Under the pieces are notes generated by a model. It was not told the DNA's origin. It saw only the letters and a list, made by a program, of their open reading frames with translations, and did no database searches. DNA of 64,000 nucleotides, taken from assembly GCA_013141125.1 (NCBI GenBank), contig JABFRO010000003.1:46458-110457 (forward strand), in the 5' to 3' direction. The translations under genes were made by a program, and so were the position numbers. Within the stretch, counting starts at the first letter, position 1. Each line of letters begins with the position of its first letter. Below, in pieces: positions 10,062 through 19,909 of the stretch. This DNA is from Methylophilaceae bacterium (GTDB lineage: Bacteria > Pseudomonadota > Gammaproteobacteria > Burkholderiales > Methylophilaceae).

Positions 10062-10877
10062 ATGAAACTGAAAAAAATATCATTAATTACTTTAGCCACG
10101 CTATCTGCGCTTATTTGCCTGCCAGCTTATGCGGCTGGTGATGTAGCCACTGTGAATGGCAAACCTATCAAGCAAACACTGGTGGATTTTATTGCCAAAG
10201 ATGCAGCTGCACGTGGCCAAACTGTTGATAGCAATGTGCACAATGTGATTGTTAACAAATTAATCGCTAGTGAGCTGGTATATCAAGAAGCGCAGCGTAT
10301 AGGTTTGGATAAGCAGGCGGATTATGTCACCAGAGCAGAACTTGCTAACCGCGAGTTACTGGTGAATAGCTTTTTGCAAGATTATCTGAAGAAAAATCCG
10401 GTTAGTGATGCCGATACCAAGGCTGCTTACGAAAAATTAAAGGCGCAATTAGGCGACAAGGAATACAGCGCCAAACACATTCTGGTGGCTAAGGAGGACG
10501 AGGCTAAAGATATTATTGCAAAATTAAATAAAGGTGCGGATTTTGCAAAATTAGCCAAAGAAAAATCAACCGACCCTGGCTCCAAAGAAAAGGGCGGTGA
10601 TCTGGGATGGTTTTCACCTGCCGGTATGGTCAAACCTTTCAGTGATGCGGTAATGGCGCTAAAAAAGGGCGCAATTACGCAAACTCCAGTGCAATCGCAG
10701 TTTGGTTGGCATGTTATCAAGCTGGAAGATGCGCGCGCAACAACCGCACCGGCTTATGACAAAGTGAAAGACGATGTCAAAAAACAACTGCAACAGCAAA
10801 AGTTTGAGAAATTAGTGACCGATCTGCGCACCAAGGCCACTATAGTTGTGAATCCTGGTACTGCAGCCAAGAAATAA
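10062..10877 (+). CDS. secreted parvulin-type peptidyl-prolyl isomerase
   Basis: Signal peptide and a PpiC domain (SAKHILV...GGDLGWF...FGWHVIK). Confidence 0.85.
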   Translation: MKLKKISLITLATLSALICLPAYAAGDVATVNGKPIKQTLVDFIAKDAAARGQTVDSNVHNVIVNKLIASELVYQEAQRIGLDKQADYVTRAELANRELLVNSFLQDYLKKNPVSDADTKAAYEKLKAQLGDKEYSAKHILVAKEDEAKDIIAKLNKGADFAKLAKEKSTDPGSKEKGGDLGWFSPAGMVKPFSDAVMALKKGAITQTPVQSQFGWHVIKLEDARATTAPAYDKVKDDVKKQLQQQKFEKLVTDLRTKATIVVNPGTAAKK

Positions 10878-10916
10878 GCTCAATCCCCCCAGCTCGATAT
10901 TCGTAAAAACACTTGA

Positions 10917-10946
10917 AGACGGCTAATCTAACTAGCCGTCTTTTTT
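10917..10946 (+). terminator. rho-independent terminator
   Basis: AGACGGCTAatctaacTAGCCGTCTttttt after the PPIase gene. Confidence 0.75.
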
Positions 10947-10991
10947 GTAAACTACCTATTAATATTGCATCCACGATACTAAAGAATATGC

Positions 10992-11010
10992 AATAATGAG
11001 AATCATTATC
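10992..11010. promoter_or_regulatory. Fur box upstream of feoAB
   Basis: AATAATGAGAATCATTATC compared with the consensus GATAATGATAATCATTATC. Confidence 0.7.
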
Positions 11011-11035
11011 ATTAAGACTTCTGACAGGATTGCAT

Positions 11036-11260
11036 ATGACTACGCTGGCCAATTTACATCCCGGTGAAAGTGGCGTTATCCACGCTGTTCACGCGGATGA
11101 ATCGCTATTTCAGCGTCTGAGCGCACTCGGGTTTCGTCAGGGGAAAAAAATAGAGTTCATACGCCGTGCCAATTTTAACGGGCCGTTGCATGTGCGCATA
11201 GGTTCTACCGATATTGTCCTGCGTGAGTCTGAAGCACGCCGTATTCAAATTACTCACTAA
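11036..11260 (+). CDS. feoA: ferrous iron transport protein A
   Basis: Small SH3-like FeoA (LHPGESGVIHAV...RLSALGFRQG) directly upstream of feoB. Confidence 0.85.
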   Translation: MTTLANLHPGESGVIHAVHADESLFQRLSALGFRQGKKIEFIRRANFNGPLHVRIGSTDIVLRESEARRIQITH

Positions 11261-13050
11261 TGAAACGCATCGCCCTTCTAGGTATGCCCAATACGGGCAA
11301 ATCGACATTATTCAATCGTATCAGCGGCGCATCGGCGCGCGTAGGCAACTGGCCTGGCATCACTGTTGATTTGATGAGCGCAAAAATTCTGCTGGGCGGC
11401 CATATCGCCGAATTAGTCGATTTGCCCGGTTTGTATGATTTGCATGGTTTTTCCGATGATGAGCAAGTGGTTCGACACTTTTTTGCCAATAACACGGTTG
11501 ATCTGGTGATGATAGTGCTCAACAGCGCGCAGATAGACCGGCAGATTTCGCTGGCACTGCAAGCCCGTGCACTGGGGCTGCCTGCCATTTTGCTATTGAA
11601 CATGCGTGATGAAGCGCGTCGCGCCGGCATCACCATCAATGTCGAAGCCATGTCCAAGCAGCTGCAAATGCCAGTGGTGCTTATCAGTGCCAAATATGGC
11701 GAATCCTGTCCGCAAGCACTACAAGTCGCCGCACAAAATCTCGACCGCCAACACGCCTCCATGTCGCCTGAACAAATTGCTGCCTTGCTTCAGCAAGACA
11801 GCAGCATAGAGCGCGAGATGGAAAGCATAGTAAAAAATGCGGTACAGATGCCTGCACAATTGACCGATCAACTCACCAATAAAATTGACCGTGTGCTCTT
11901 GCATCCCTGGTTTGGGCTGCCGCTGTTTTTTGCCGCCATGTATTTGTTGTTTCAGTTCATATTCGCCGTGGGCAAGCCCTTGCAGGATGGCGTGGCCTGG
12001 CTACTGGCCGGTTTGCGCACCGAGGCACTGGGACCCTTGTTAACCGGCGCGCCCGCTTGGCTGCAAGGCCTGCTGCTGGATGGCGTATTTAACGGCATAG
12101 GCACGGTGACGGCTTTTGTGCCGATTATTGTGCTGTTTTTCATCATCATGTCCATTGTTGAAGATAGTGGCTATCTTTCGCGCGCGGCTTTCATGATGGA
12201 TGCCTTGATGGCGAAAATGGGGCTGGACGGTCGCGGCTTTGTCATGATGTTGATGGGCTTTGGTTGCAATGTCCCCGCGCTCATGGGTACTCGCGTCATG
12301 CGTTCGCGCAATTTGCGTCTGCTGACCATGCTGGTGATTCCACTTTCACTGTGTTCCGCGCGGCTACAGGTATTTTTATTTCTGACCGCCACGCTATTCA
12401 CCGCCACCCAGGCACCCCTGGTGTTATTTTCGCTATACCTGATGAGTTTTCTAACGATTTTTCTTAGCGCGCTGATATTCAAAGGGCGCTATGCCAGCAA
12501 TGAACCCTTCATTCTGGAACTGCCGCCTTACCGCTTTCCGACCCTGCAACAAATCTGGCTACGCGGTTGGCATGAAGTCAGGCACTTTTTAAACCGCGCC
12601 ACCAAATTCATTATCATCGGTGTGGTGCTGGTTTGGATACTAACCCACGTCCCCGGCAACGTGCCACCCGCCAGTCAAGCTACGCTGGCCGGTATGATAG
12701 GCAGCTGGCTGGCTCCGGTATTAACGCCCATAGGTATTGATGGCCAGCTGGCGATTGCGCTGCTGTTCGGCTTTGTCGCCAAGGAAATCGTTATCGGTGC
12801 CTTTGCCGTTATTTACGGCTTGCAAGGCGATGCGCTGATGCACATCATTGCGCAGAAGCTGGACTGGGTACAAGGCATGAGCTTTATGCTGTTCACCCTT
12901 ATCTATACGCCTTGCCTTTCCACTATTGCGGTCTTGAAAAGCGAATCAAAAAGCATGGCGTTCACGCTATTGTCGATTGTATGGTCACTGGTTTTGGCCT
13001 GGGTAATCAGCTTCATTTTTTACCAATCTGCCCGTGCATTGGGCTTTTAG
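11260..13050 (+). CDS. feoB: ferrous iron transporter FeoB
   Basis: N-terminal G domain GMPNTGKST, DLPG, then a polytopic permease domain. Confidence 0.95.
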   Translation: MKRIALLGMPNTGKSTLFNRISGASARVGNWPGITVDLMSAKILLGGHIAELVDLPGLYDLHGFSDDEQVVRHFFANNTVDLVMIVLNSAQIDRQISLALQARALGLPAILLLNMRDEARRAGITINVEAMSKQLQMPVVLISAKYGESCPQALQVAAQNLDRQHASMSPEQIAALLQQDSSIEREMESIVKNAVQMPAQLTDQLTNKIDRVLLHPWFGLPLFFAAMYLLFQFIFAVGKPLQDGVAWLLAGLRTEALGPLLTGAPAWLQGLLLDGVFNGIGTVTAFVPIIVLFFIIMSIVEDSGYLSRAAFMMDALMAKMGLDGRGFVMMLMGFGCNVPALMGTRVMRSRNLRLLTMLVIPLSLCSARLQVFLFLTATLFTATQAPLVLFSLYLMSFLTIFLSALIFKGRYASNEPFILELPPYRFPTLQQIWLRGWHEVRHFLNRATKFIIIGVVLVWILTHVPGNVPPASQATLAGMIGSWLAPVLTPIGIDGQLAIALLFGFVAKEIVIGAFAVIYGLQGDALMHIIAQKLDWVQGMSFMLFTLIYTPCLSTIAVLKSESKSMAFTLLSIVWSLVLAWVISFIFYQSARALGF

Positions 13051-13056
13051 CGCTGC

Positions 13057-13632
13057 ATGATTCCCTCCGGCACATGGCGCTGGCTGATATTGGCGCTGTT
13101 TGTTCTCAGCCATAATGCCAACGCTTTTCAAACATCCTCAAATGCTATTGACCCCAAGCCCATCGCGGCTACGGGTAGCATCACCGTCGCCTTCACGCCG
13201 CAACAGGATGCTGCCGGGCTGATTATTGACGCGATCAATCTGGCGCAGCAACAAATTCTGGTGCAAGCGTATAGCTTTACGCATAAGGCGATTGCCAGAG
13301 CGCTGATTAATGCGCAGCAACGTGGTGTAAAGGTCAGCCTCATTGCCGATAAAGAGCAAACCGATCATATGCCATATACGCAAATACCTGCACTTGCGGC
13401 TGGCGGTATCACCGTTTGGCTGGATGCTGAACACCAAAGCGCGCATAACAAGGTGATGCTGATAGATGCGGAAAGCCCTCATGCCGTGGTCATTACCGGC
13501 AGCTTTAATTTTACGGCGGCAGCACAATACAAAAATGCGGAAAATCTGCTGTTATTGCGTGGTAATCCAGCGCTAACCAAACGCTATCAGCTTAATTGGC
13601 AACAGCATCTGCTGCACTCCACACCGTTTTAA
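13057..13632 (+). CDS. secreted phospholipase D-family protein (Nuc-like endonuclease)
   Basis: Signal peptide; single HKD motif HNKVMLID...GSFNFT. Confidence 0.8.
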   Translation: MIPSGTWRWLILALFVLSHNANAFQTSSNAIDPKPIAATGSITVAFTPQQDAAGLIIDAINLAQQQILVQAYSFTHKAIARALINAQQRGVKVSLIADKEQTDHMPYTQIPALAAGGITVWLDAEHQSAHNKVMLIDAESPHAVVITGSFNFTAAAQYKNAENLLLLRGNPALTKRYQLNWQQHLLHSTPF

Positions 13633-13721
13633 CGCGATAAATAAATAGGCTAGGCGCAATCCTGCCAGCTATTCGTCCTATAATCTACCCCATTCATTAA
13701 ACCTAGATTGTCCATTAGAGT

Positions 13722-13745
13722 GTAGGTCGGGTTTTAACCCGACAT
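13722..13745. repeat. GTAG-headed REP-like palindrome
   Basis: GTAGGTCGGGTTttaAACCCGACat. Confidence 0.6.
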
Positions 13746-13756
13746 TGTCGAGCTGA

Positions 13757-13780
13757 AGCCGCCCACAGCGGCTAGTTTTG
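13757..13780 (+). terminator. possible terminator after the PLD gene
   Basis: AGCCGCccacaGCGGCTagtttt; short stem and weak T-run. Confidence 0.35.
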
Positions 13781-13854
13781 TCATAAAAAAATTTCCAATG
13801 GATAATCCCGGTTAAATACAAAATTCAAATACAAAATCATAAAGAGGAGCAAAT

Positions 13855-14304
13855 ATGAAAGAACTTATAATTGACCTGAATGGCAAAGGTCTGCGTATTG
13901 GCATAGTGTTATCGCGTTTTAATCGGGATATAGGCGATGGCTTACTTTCCGCCTGTAAGGAAGAGCTCATTAAACTGGGTGTGGATTCCGATGACATTAC
14001 ATTGGCCACCGTGCCGGGCGCGCTGGAAACCCCGTTAATTCTCGCGCAAATGGCTTTCAGCGAAAAATATGATGCCTTGATTGCACTGGGCGCCATTGTG
14101 CGTGGTGAAACCTATCATTTTGAAGTAGTGGCTAACGAATCCGCACGCGGCATTGCTGAAGTGCAGGCGGATTCCGGCGTGCCTATTGCCAACGCAGTTT
14201 TAACCACAGAAGATGATGAACAAGCCATTGCGCGCATGAGCATTAAAGGCGCAGAAGCAGCGCAGGTTGCCATTGAAATGGCTAATTTATTGAGGCAACT
14301 ATGA
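13855..14304 (+). CDS. ribH: 6,7-dimethyl-8-ribityllumazine synthase
   Basis: RFN..I...L...C...L...GV......VPGA.E.P family pattern; followed by nusB. Confidence 0.95.
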   Translation: MKELIIDLNGKGLRIGIVLSRFNRDIGDGLLSACKEELIKLGVDSDDITLATVPGALETPLILAQMAFSEKYDALIALGAIVRGETYHFEVVANESARGIAEVQADSGVPIANAVLTTEDDEQAIARMSIKGAEAAQVAIEMANLLRQL

Positions 14305-14780
14305 GCGAAAACATCACCAACCCTAGCCCGGCAAAACCGGAAAAAACCGGCAAAAGTCGGCGCAAATCACGCGAGCTGGTATTAAAAGCCATATATCGCG
14401 GTTTGCTAAACAAAGGCGAGCTTTCACAAATCAGGCGTGATGCAATGGAAGACCCTGATTACACTCATGCCGATGTAGACTACTTTCGCCTATTGTTGGA
14501 AGGTGTGCATGAACAAATGGTGGAAATTGATAGCCATTTAATTAAATATACGGACCGTAATGTCAGCGCACTTAGCCCGATAGAGCACGCCATTTTATAT
14601 ATTTCCGCTTACGAGCTGCTATACGATCCCAGCATTCCTTACCGCGTGGCGATCAATGAAGGCGTTGAATTAGCCAAGCGCTTTGGCGGCACCGATGGTC
14701 ACAAATACGTGAATGGTGTGTTGGATAAACTGGCTGCCAAAGCGCGGCCGAGTGAACTGGCACATGCACGTGTACCGTAA
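14301..14780 (+). CDS. nusB: transcription antitermination factor NusB
   Basis: Conserved ribH-nusB arrangement; [14 protein letters not shown]-terminus. Confidence 0.95.
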   Translation: MSENITNPSPAKPEKTGKSRRKSRELVLKAIYRGLLNKGELSQIRRDAMEDPDYTHADVDYFRLLLEGVHEQMVEIDSHLIKYTDRNVSALSPIEHAILYISAYELLYDPSIPYRVAINEGVELAKRFGGTDGHKYVNGVLDKLAAKARPSELAHARVP

Positions 14781-14910
14781 AAATTGTGAGGTTTAAGGGG
14801 GCAACGAGCTATAGGAAAACGCTTCCAAACCGTAAACAACAGCGACTCTGGCATAGGGGCGAGGTTGAAGCCTGCTTCTACTTTATACAAAAAAGGTAAA
14901 TTAACTGACC

Positions 14911-15903
14911 ATGAACTTACAGCAACTCTCACGCCGTCGGTTCATGGTTACGTTTGGCGGCCTATTGCTTACCTCATCAATATTGGCCTGCGCTTGGCGT
15001 TTTAACAAACCCATTACTATCGCCGCACACGTCTGGCCGGGATATGAACCCATGTTTCTGGCGCAACGGGAAAACTGGCTGGATACGCAGCAAGTACGCC
15101 TGATGCAAACCGCTTCTGCCACAGAGTCTGTACAAGCCCTGGCCGCAGGAAGCATTGATGGCGCGGCGCTAACACTGGACGAAACCTTAAAAGCGCGGGC
15201 AGCGGGCATACCGCTTTCTGTGGTTCTGGTCTTCAATATCTCGGCTGGTGCGGACATGCTGCTGGTCAATGCAAATATTAAAAGCCTCGCCGACCTCAAA
15301 GGGCGGCGTATAGGCTTTGAGCAAAGTTCGGTGGGCGAATTGTTTCTGGCAGAAGTATTACAAACGGCCGGGCTGAAAAAATCCGAGGTCAAATTGGTAG
15401 CGCTCACCGTAGACCAGCAAGTTGAATCCTGGACACACCAACGAATAGAGGCTGTCGTCAGCTATGAACCGGTGGCCAGCCAATTGCAGGCACTGGGTGC
15501 TTTCAAATTATTTGATAGTCGCCGAATCCCCAATACTATTGTCGATGTACTGGCCATACGCAGCGATATCCTCGATTATCGCCATAGCAGTGCCATTCGC
15601 CACTTGATAAACGCCCATTTTCGTGCGCTGGAACATATCAACCAAAATTCGCAGGATGCCTCTTATCGCATGGCAACGCACCTTGGTTTGCCCGCAGACG
15701 AAGTGCTGCCAGCCTTTAAAGGCTTGGTTCTGCCAAATGCTGCCAACAATTATCGCCTGTTCGCGGGAGCGTCACCGACCTTACTCGCCAATGCGCGACA
15801 TCTATCCAACACCATGGTAAAAAATGCATTACTTACCCAGCATGACCGTCTGGATGGATTAATAAGAGCAGATTTCTTACCGACAGACTTTCAAAATAAT
15901 TAA
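14911..15903 (+). CDS. Tat-signal periplasmic substrate-binding protein (NMT1/nitrate-sulfonate-bicarbonate type)
   Basis: SRRRFMVTF twin-arginine signal; SBP-like alternating pattern. Confidence 0.7.
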   Translation: MNLQQLSRRRFMVTFGGLLLTSSILACAWRFNKPITIAAHVWPGYEPMFLAQRENWLDTQQVRLMQTASATESVQALAAGSIDGAALTLDETLKARAAGIPLSVVLVFNISAGADMLLVNANIKSLADLKGRRIGFEQSSVGELFLAEVLQTAGLKKSEVKLVALTVDQQVESWTHQRIEAVVSYEPVASQLQALGAFKLFDSRRIPNTIVDVLAIRSDILDYRHSSAIRHLINAHFRALEHINQNSQDASYRMATHLGLPADEVLPAFKGLVLPNAANNYRLFAGASPTLLANARHLSNTMVKNALLTQHDRLDGLIRADFLPTDFQNN

Positions 15904-15907
15904 CGCT

Positions 15908-18900
15908 ATGCAATTTACCCATCTAAATTCATTCATCCGTCTCTGCCTGCTATTGGTCAGCCTGGCCAGTGCGACACTTGCCCCCGTGGCTTATGCCGCC
16001 GAACCGGTAAAAATTGGCATACTGGCTTTTCGCTCCAAACCTCAAACCCTAAAGCAATGGCAACCCTTGGCCGAGGTCTTGAAACAAGCGATGCCGACGC
16101 GCGATTTTGTGGTGGAAGCACTCACGCTCACCGAGCTGGAACAAGCGGTAGCCAGCCGTCAATTGGATTTTGTGCTGACCAACCCCGGCCACTATTTGCT
16201 CATGGCACAACGCAGCGGTTTATCAGCACCACTGGCCACCTTGGCAGTAATGGAAAATAATCAGCGCACCATGGCTTTTGGCGGCGTTATTTTCAGCCGT
16301 ACACAAACCAAACTGCATAAGCTCAACGATATCCGCCATAAAACCATTGCCGCCACCAGCACAGATTCCTTGGGTGGCTATCAGGCACAGGCTTATGAGT
16401 TAATCCAGATTGGGATACATCTGCCGCAAGATGCCAAGCTGCTGTTTACCGGAATGCCGCATGACAATGTTGTCAATGCCGTGTTAAGCGGACGTGCCGA
16501 TGTTGGCTTTGTGCGTACTGGCGTATTGGAGGCCATGGCGCGCGAAGGCAGGCTGGATATGCAGCAGATCGAGGTAATCAACCATCAACAACTGCCAGAA
16601 TTCCCGGTGCAGGCTTCTACCCGACTTTATCCGGAATGGCCTTTCGCCGCGCTGCCGCATGTGGATGAAAACCTGGCGCGGCATGTGGTGGCGGCACTAT
16701 TCATGCTGGAAGAAAATTTCAATGCCACGCGTGCAATAGGCATACATGGCTTTGTCACGCCGGCTGACTACACGCCTGTCATCAACTTGCTCAAGGAGCT
16801 GCGTGTTGCACCCTATGAAGCTGCCCCTGCTTTTACACTGCGAGATGTGTGGGAGCGTTATCGCTGGCAAACAACCTCTGGCTCGTTGGCAGCGCTGTTG
16901 ATTTTGTTATTGGGGATTCGCTTATTGTTGACCAAACGCAAATTCAAACAGGAACATGATCTGGTTCTGCAACAAACCCAGCAGCTGCAAGAAAGTGAAT
17001 TTCGCTGGAAATTTGCCATCGAAGGCGCTGGTGACGGTGTATGGGATTGGAATATTCAAACCAACGAAGCCAAGTACTCCAAGCGTTGGAAGGAAATGCT
17101 GGGTTATACCGAAAATGACATCCTGCCTACCTTTCAGGAGTGGTCACAGCGTATACATTCAGAAGATCAGCCTGCTGTCGCGGCAAAACTTCAGGACTAT
17201 TTGGAAGGAAAGGTATCTATTTATTGTGTTGAGTTCCGCATGCGATGCAAAGATGAAAGCAACCGCTGGATTCTAGCTCGCGGGATGTTGGTCAGCCGTA
17301 GCCAAGATGGCAAGCCTTTACGCATGATAGGCACACATACGGACATAACGGAACGCAAGCAGGCCGAAAAATATGAACAATTTCGCAGCCATATTCTGGG
17401 CTTGCTGGTCAGCAATGAATCGCTCACTCATTTGCTGCAAGCGATAGTGCTGGGTGCAGAGCAATTCAATCCAGCCATGCTGTGCAGTATTTTGTTGCTG
17501 GATCATGAAGGCCGCCATCTGGTCAATGGCGCAGCCCCCAGCTTGCCTGATTTCTACAATGCAGCCATCAACGGCATTAATATCGGCATGGGCGTCGGCT
17601 CTTGTGGAACCGCTGCCTTTACCGGAGAGCGTATCTTTGTGGATGACATCCAAACCCATCCTTATTGGGCACCGTATAAAGAACTCGCAGCCAGTGCCAG
17701 GTTGGAAGCCTGCTGGTCACAACCCATACTCGCGGCTTCAGGCCAGGTGCTGGGGACTTTTGCCATTTATCATCAAAAGCCAAACTCGCCATCAGCCGCA
17801 GACATCCGATTCATTGAACAAACCGCGCATCTGGCCAGCATTGCCATTGAAAAAAGTATCGCGGCGGAAAAACTGCAACTGATCGCCAGTGTGTTCACCC
17901 ATGCCCGCGAAGGCATCATGATTACAGCGGCGGATGGCACTATTATGGATGTCAATGAAGCCTTCAGCCGTATTACCGGCTACAGTCATGATGAAGTTAT
18001 AGGATGCAATCCACGTTTATTCAACTCAGGTCAACATTCAAAAGAATTCTATTCCGCCATCTGGCGTGATTTGCTCAGCAAAGGTCATTGGTATGGCGAA
18101 ATATGGAACCGGCGTAAAAATGGCCTGGTGTTTGCTGCCATGCAAACCATCAGCGCGGTGCGTAATGATGAAAATAACATCCAGCAATACGTGGCCTTGT
18201 TTTCCGATATTACCGCACTCAAGGAGCATGAAAGCCAGCTCGAACATATTGCCCACTACGATGCGCTCACCAATCTGCCCAACCGCGTCTTGCTGGCCGA
18301 CCGTTTGCAGCAAGGCATGGCGCAAACGCAGCGCAACAAACAGCTGCTTGCTGTGGCTTATCTCGATCTGGATGGCTTCAAGGCGGTGAATGATACTTAT
18401 GGACATGAAATTGGCGATCAATTACTCATTACTATTTCTGCCCGCATGAAACAGGCGCTGCGTGAAGGCGATACCCTGGCCAGACTGGGGGGCGACGAGT
18501 TTGTCGCTGTCTTGCTGGATCTGGACGACAGCACCGACAGTGTGGCGATACTGAATCGGTTACTCAGTGCCGCTGCCGAAGCGGTACATATTGACGACAT
18601 CACACTACAGGTATCAGCCAGTCTTGGGGTGACCTTTTTCCCGCAGGCAGAAATTGTGGACGCGGATCAATTGCTGCGCCAGGCCGATCAATCCATGTAT
18701 CAGGCCAAGCTGGCGGGGAAAAATCGTTACCATGTATTTGATGCCGAACGTGACAGCAGTGTGCGCGGCCATCACGAAAGTCTGGAGCATATCCGCCAGG
18801 CATTGAGCAGACGTGAATTCGTGCTGTTTTACCAGCCTAAAGTTAATATGCGTAGCGGCGAAGTAATAGGTGCAGAAGCTCTGATTCGCTGGCAACACCC

Positions 18901-19909
18901 CGAGCGAGGATTGCTACTACCCGCCGCTTTTCTACCCGTCATCGAGGATCATCCGCTGGCAGTTGAGCTGGGCGATTGGGTCATCACTACCGCGCTCACG
19001 CAGATTGCGCTATGGCGCGCAGACGGGCTGGACATCCCGGTCAGCGTCAATGTGGGGGCGCGCCAATTGCAACAATTGAACTTTGTAGAACGTCTGCGTG
19101 AAATTCTGGCTTTGCATCCAGACATTCATCCTTCATCACTTGAAATTGAAGTGCTGGAAACCAGCGCCCTGGAAGATATCGCCCAGGTTTCTCAGGTGAT
19201 TGAGGTGTGCCGTGAGATCGGCATCAACTTTGCGCTGGATGATTTTGGCACCGGATATTCCTCCTTGTCTTACCTGAAGCGTTTACCGGTTACCCTGCTC
19301 AAGATAGACCAGATTTTTGTACGCGGCATGCTGGATGATCCCAATGACCTGGCCATTCTGGAAGGTATTATCGGCTTGGCCAGCGCCTTCCGCCGCCAAG
19401 TCATTGCCGAAGGTGTGGAAACTATAGAACACGGTGTCATGCTGCTGCAATTGGGCTGCGAACTCGCCCAAGGTTATGGTATTGCCCGCCCCATGCCCGC
19501 GCACAAACTACCAGAATGGGCGGCAAGCTGGCAGCCGGATCCAAGCTGGGTGAATCAACCGTCTATCCATCGCGACGATTTGCCGCTGCTTTATGCCAGC
19601 ATAGAACTGCGCGCCTGGGTGATAACGATAAACAACTTTCTCAACGGCAAGCGTGGCATCCTCCCGCAGCTAGACTACCGCGCTTCCAGCTTGGAACAAT
19701 GGTTAGAAAATGAAGGCCAGCAGCGCTATAGACTGCAACCTGCTTTATTCAACGTAAAAACTTTGCTGATTGGCTTGTATGCATTGGCAACCGAGCTGTT
19801 TACCCTACATGGCGAAGGGCGTGATGAGGATGTGCAGGAAGGCATGAAGGAGCTGTACCAACAACGCGATAACTTGCTGGCTCAATTGACCGCATTAAGT
19901 GCCAGTTGA
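15908..19909 (+). CDS. membrane sensor: PhnD-like periplasmic domain, TM, PAS, GAF, PAS, GGDEF, EAL
   Basis: Signal peptide plus a periplasmic binding-like domain and a TM segment. Intact RLGGDEFV (GGDEF) and EIEVLET...DDFGTGYSS (EAL). Confidence 0.9.
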   Translation: MQFTHLNSFIRLCLLLVSLASATLAPVAYAAEPVKIGILAFRSKPQTLKQWQPLAEVLKQAMPTRDFVVEALTLTELEQAVASRQLDFVLTNPGHYLLMAQRSGLSAPLATLAVMENNQRTMAFGGVIFSRTQTKLHKLNDIRHKTIAATSTDSLGGYQAQAYELIQIGIHLPQDAKLLFTGMPHDNVVNAVLSGRADVGFVRTGVLEAMAREGRLDMQQIEVINHQQLPEFPVQASTRLYPEWPFAALPHVDENLARHVVAALFMLEENFNATRAIGIHGFVTPADYTPVINLLKELRVAPYEAAPAFTLRDVWERYRWQTTSGSLAALLILLLGIRLLLTKRKFKQEHDLVLQQTQQLQESEFRWKFAIEGAGDGVWDWNIQTNEAKYSKRWKEMLGYTENDILPTFQEWSQRIHSEDQPAVAAKLQDYLEGKVSIYCVEFRMRCKDESNRWILARGMLVSRSQDGKPLRMIGTHTDITERKQAEKYEQFRSHILGLLVSNESLTHLLQAIVLGAEQFNPAMLCSILLLDHEGRHLVNGAAPSLPDFYNAAINGINIGMGVGSCGTAAFTGERIFVDDIQTHPYWAPYKELAASARLEACWSQPILAASGQVLGTFAIYHQKPNSPSAADIRFIEQTAHLASIAIEKSIAAEKLQLIASVFTHAREGIMITAADGTIMDVNEAFSRITGYSHDEVIGCNPRLFNSGQHSKEFYSAIWRDLLSKGHWYGEIWNRRKNGLVFAAMQTISAVRNDENNIQQYVALFSDITALKEHESQLEHIAHYDALTNLPNRVLLADRLQQGMAQTQRNKQLLAVAYLDLDGFKAVNDTYGHEIGDQLLITISARMKQALREGDTLARLGGDEFVAVLLDLDDSTDSVAILNRLLSAAAEAVHIDDITLQVSASLGVTFFPQAEIVDADQLLRQADQSMYQAKLAGKNRYHVFDAERDSSVRGHHESLEHIRQALSRREFVLFYQPKVNMRSGEVIGAEALIRWQHPERGLLLPAAFLPVIEDHPLAVELGDWVITTALTQIALWRADGLDIPVSVNVGARQLQQLNFVERLREILALHPDIHPSSLEIEVLETSALEDIAQVSQVIEVCREIGINFALDDFGTGYSSLSYLKRLPVTLLKIDQIFVRGMLDDPNDLAILEGIIGLASAFRRQVIAEGVETIEHGVMLLQLGCELAQGYGIARPMPAHKLPEWAASWQPDPSWVNQPSIHRDDLPLLYASIELRAWVITINNFLNGKRGILPQLDYRASSLEQWLENEGQQRYRLQPALFNVKTLLIGLYALATELFTLHGEGRDEDVQEGMKELYQQRDNLLAQLTALSAS

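Noticed and set aside
13633-13854. FMN riboswitch upstream of ribH
   Set aside because: I could not find the conserved RFN core sequence. The region holds a REP hairpin and an AT-rich leader only.
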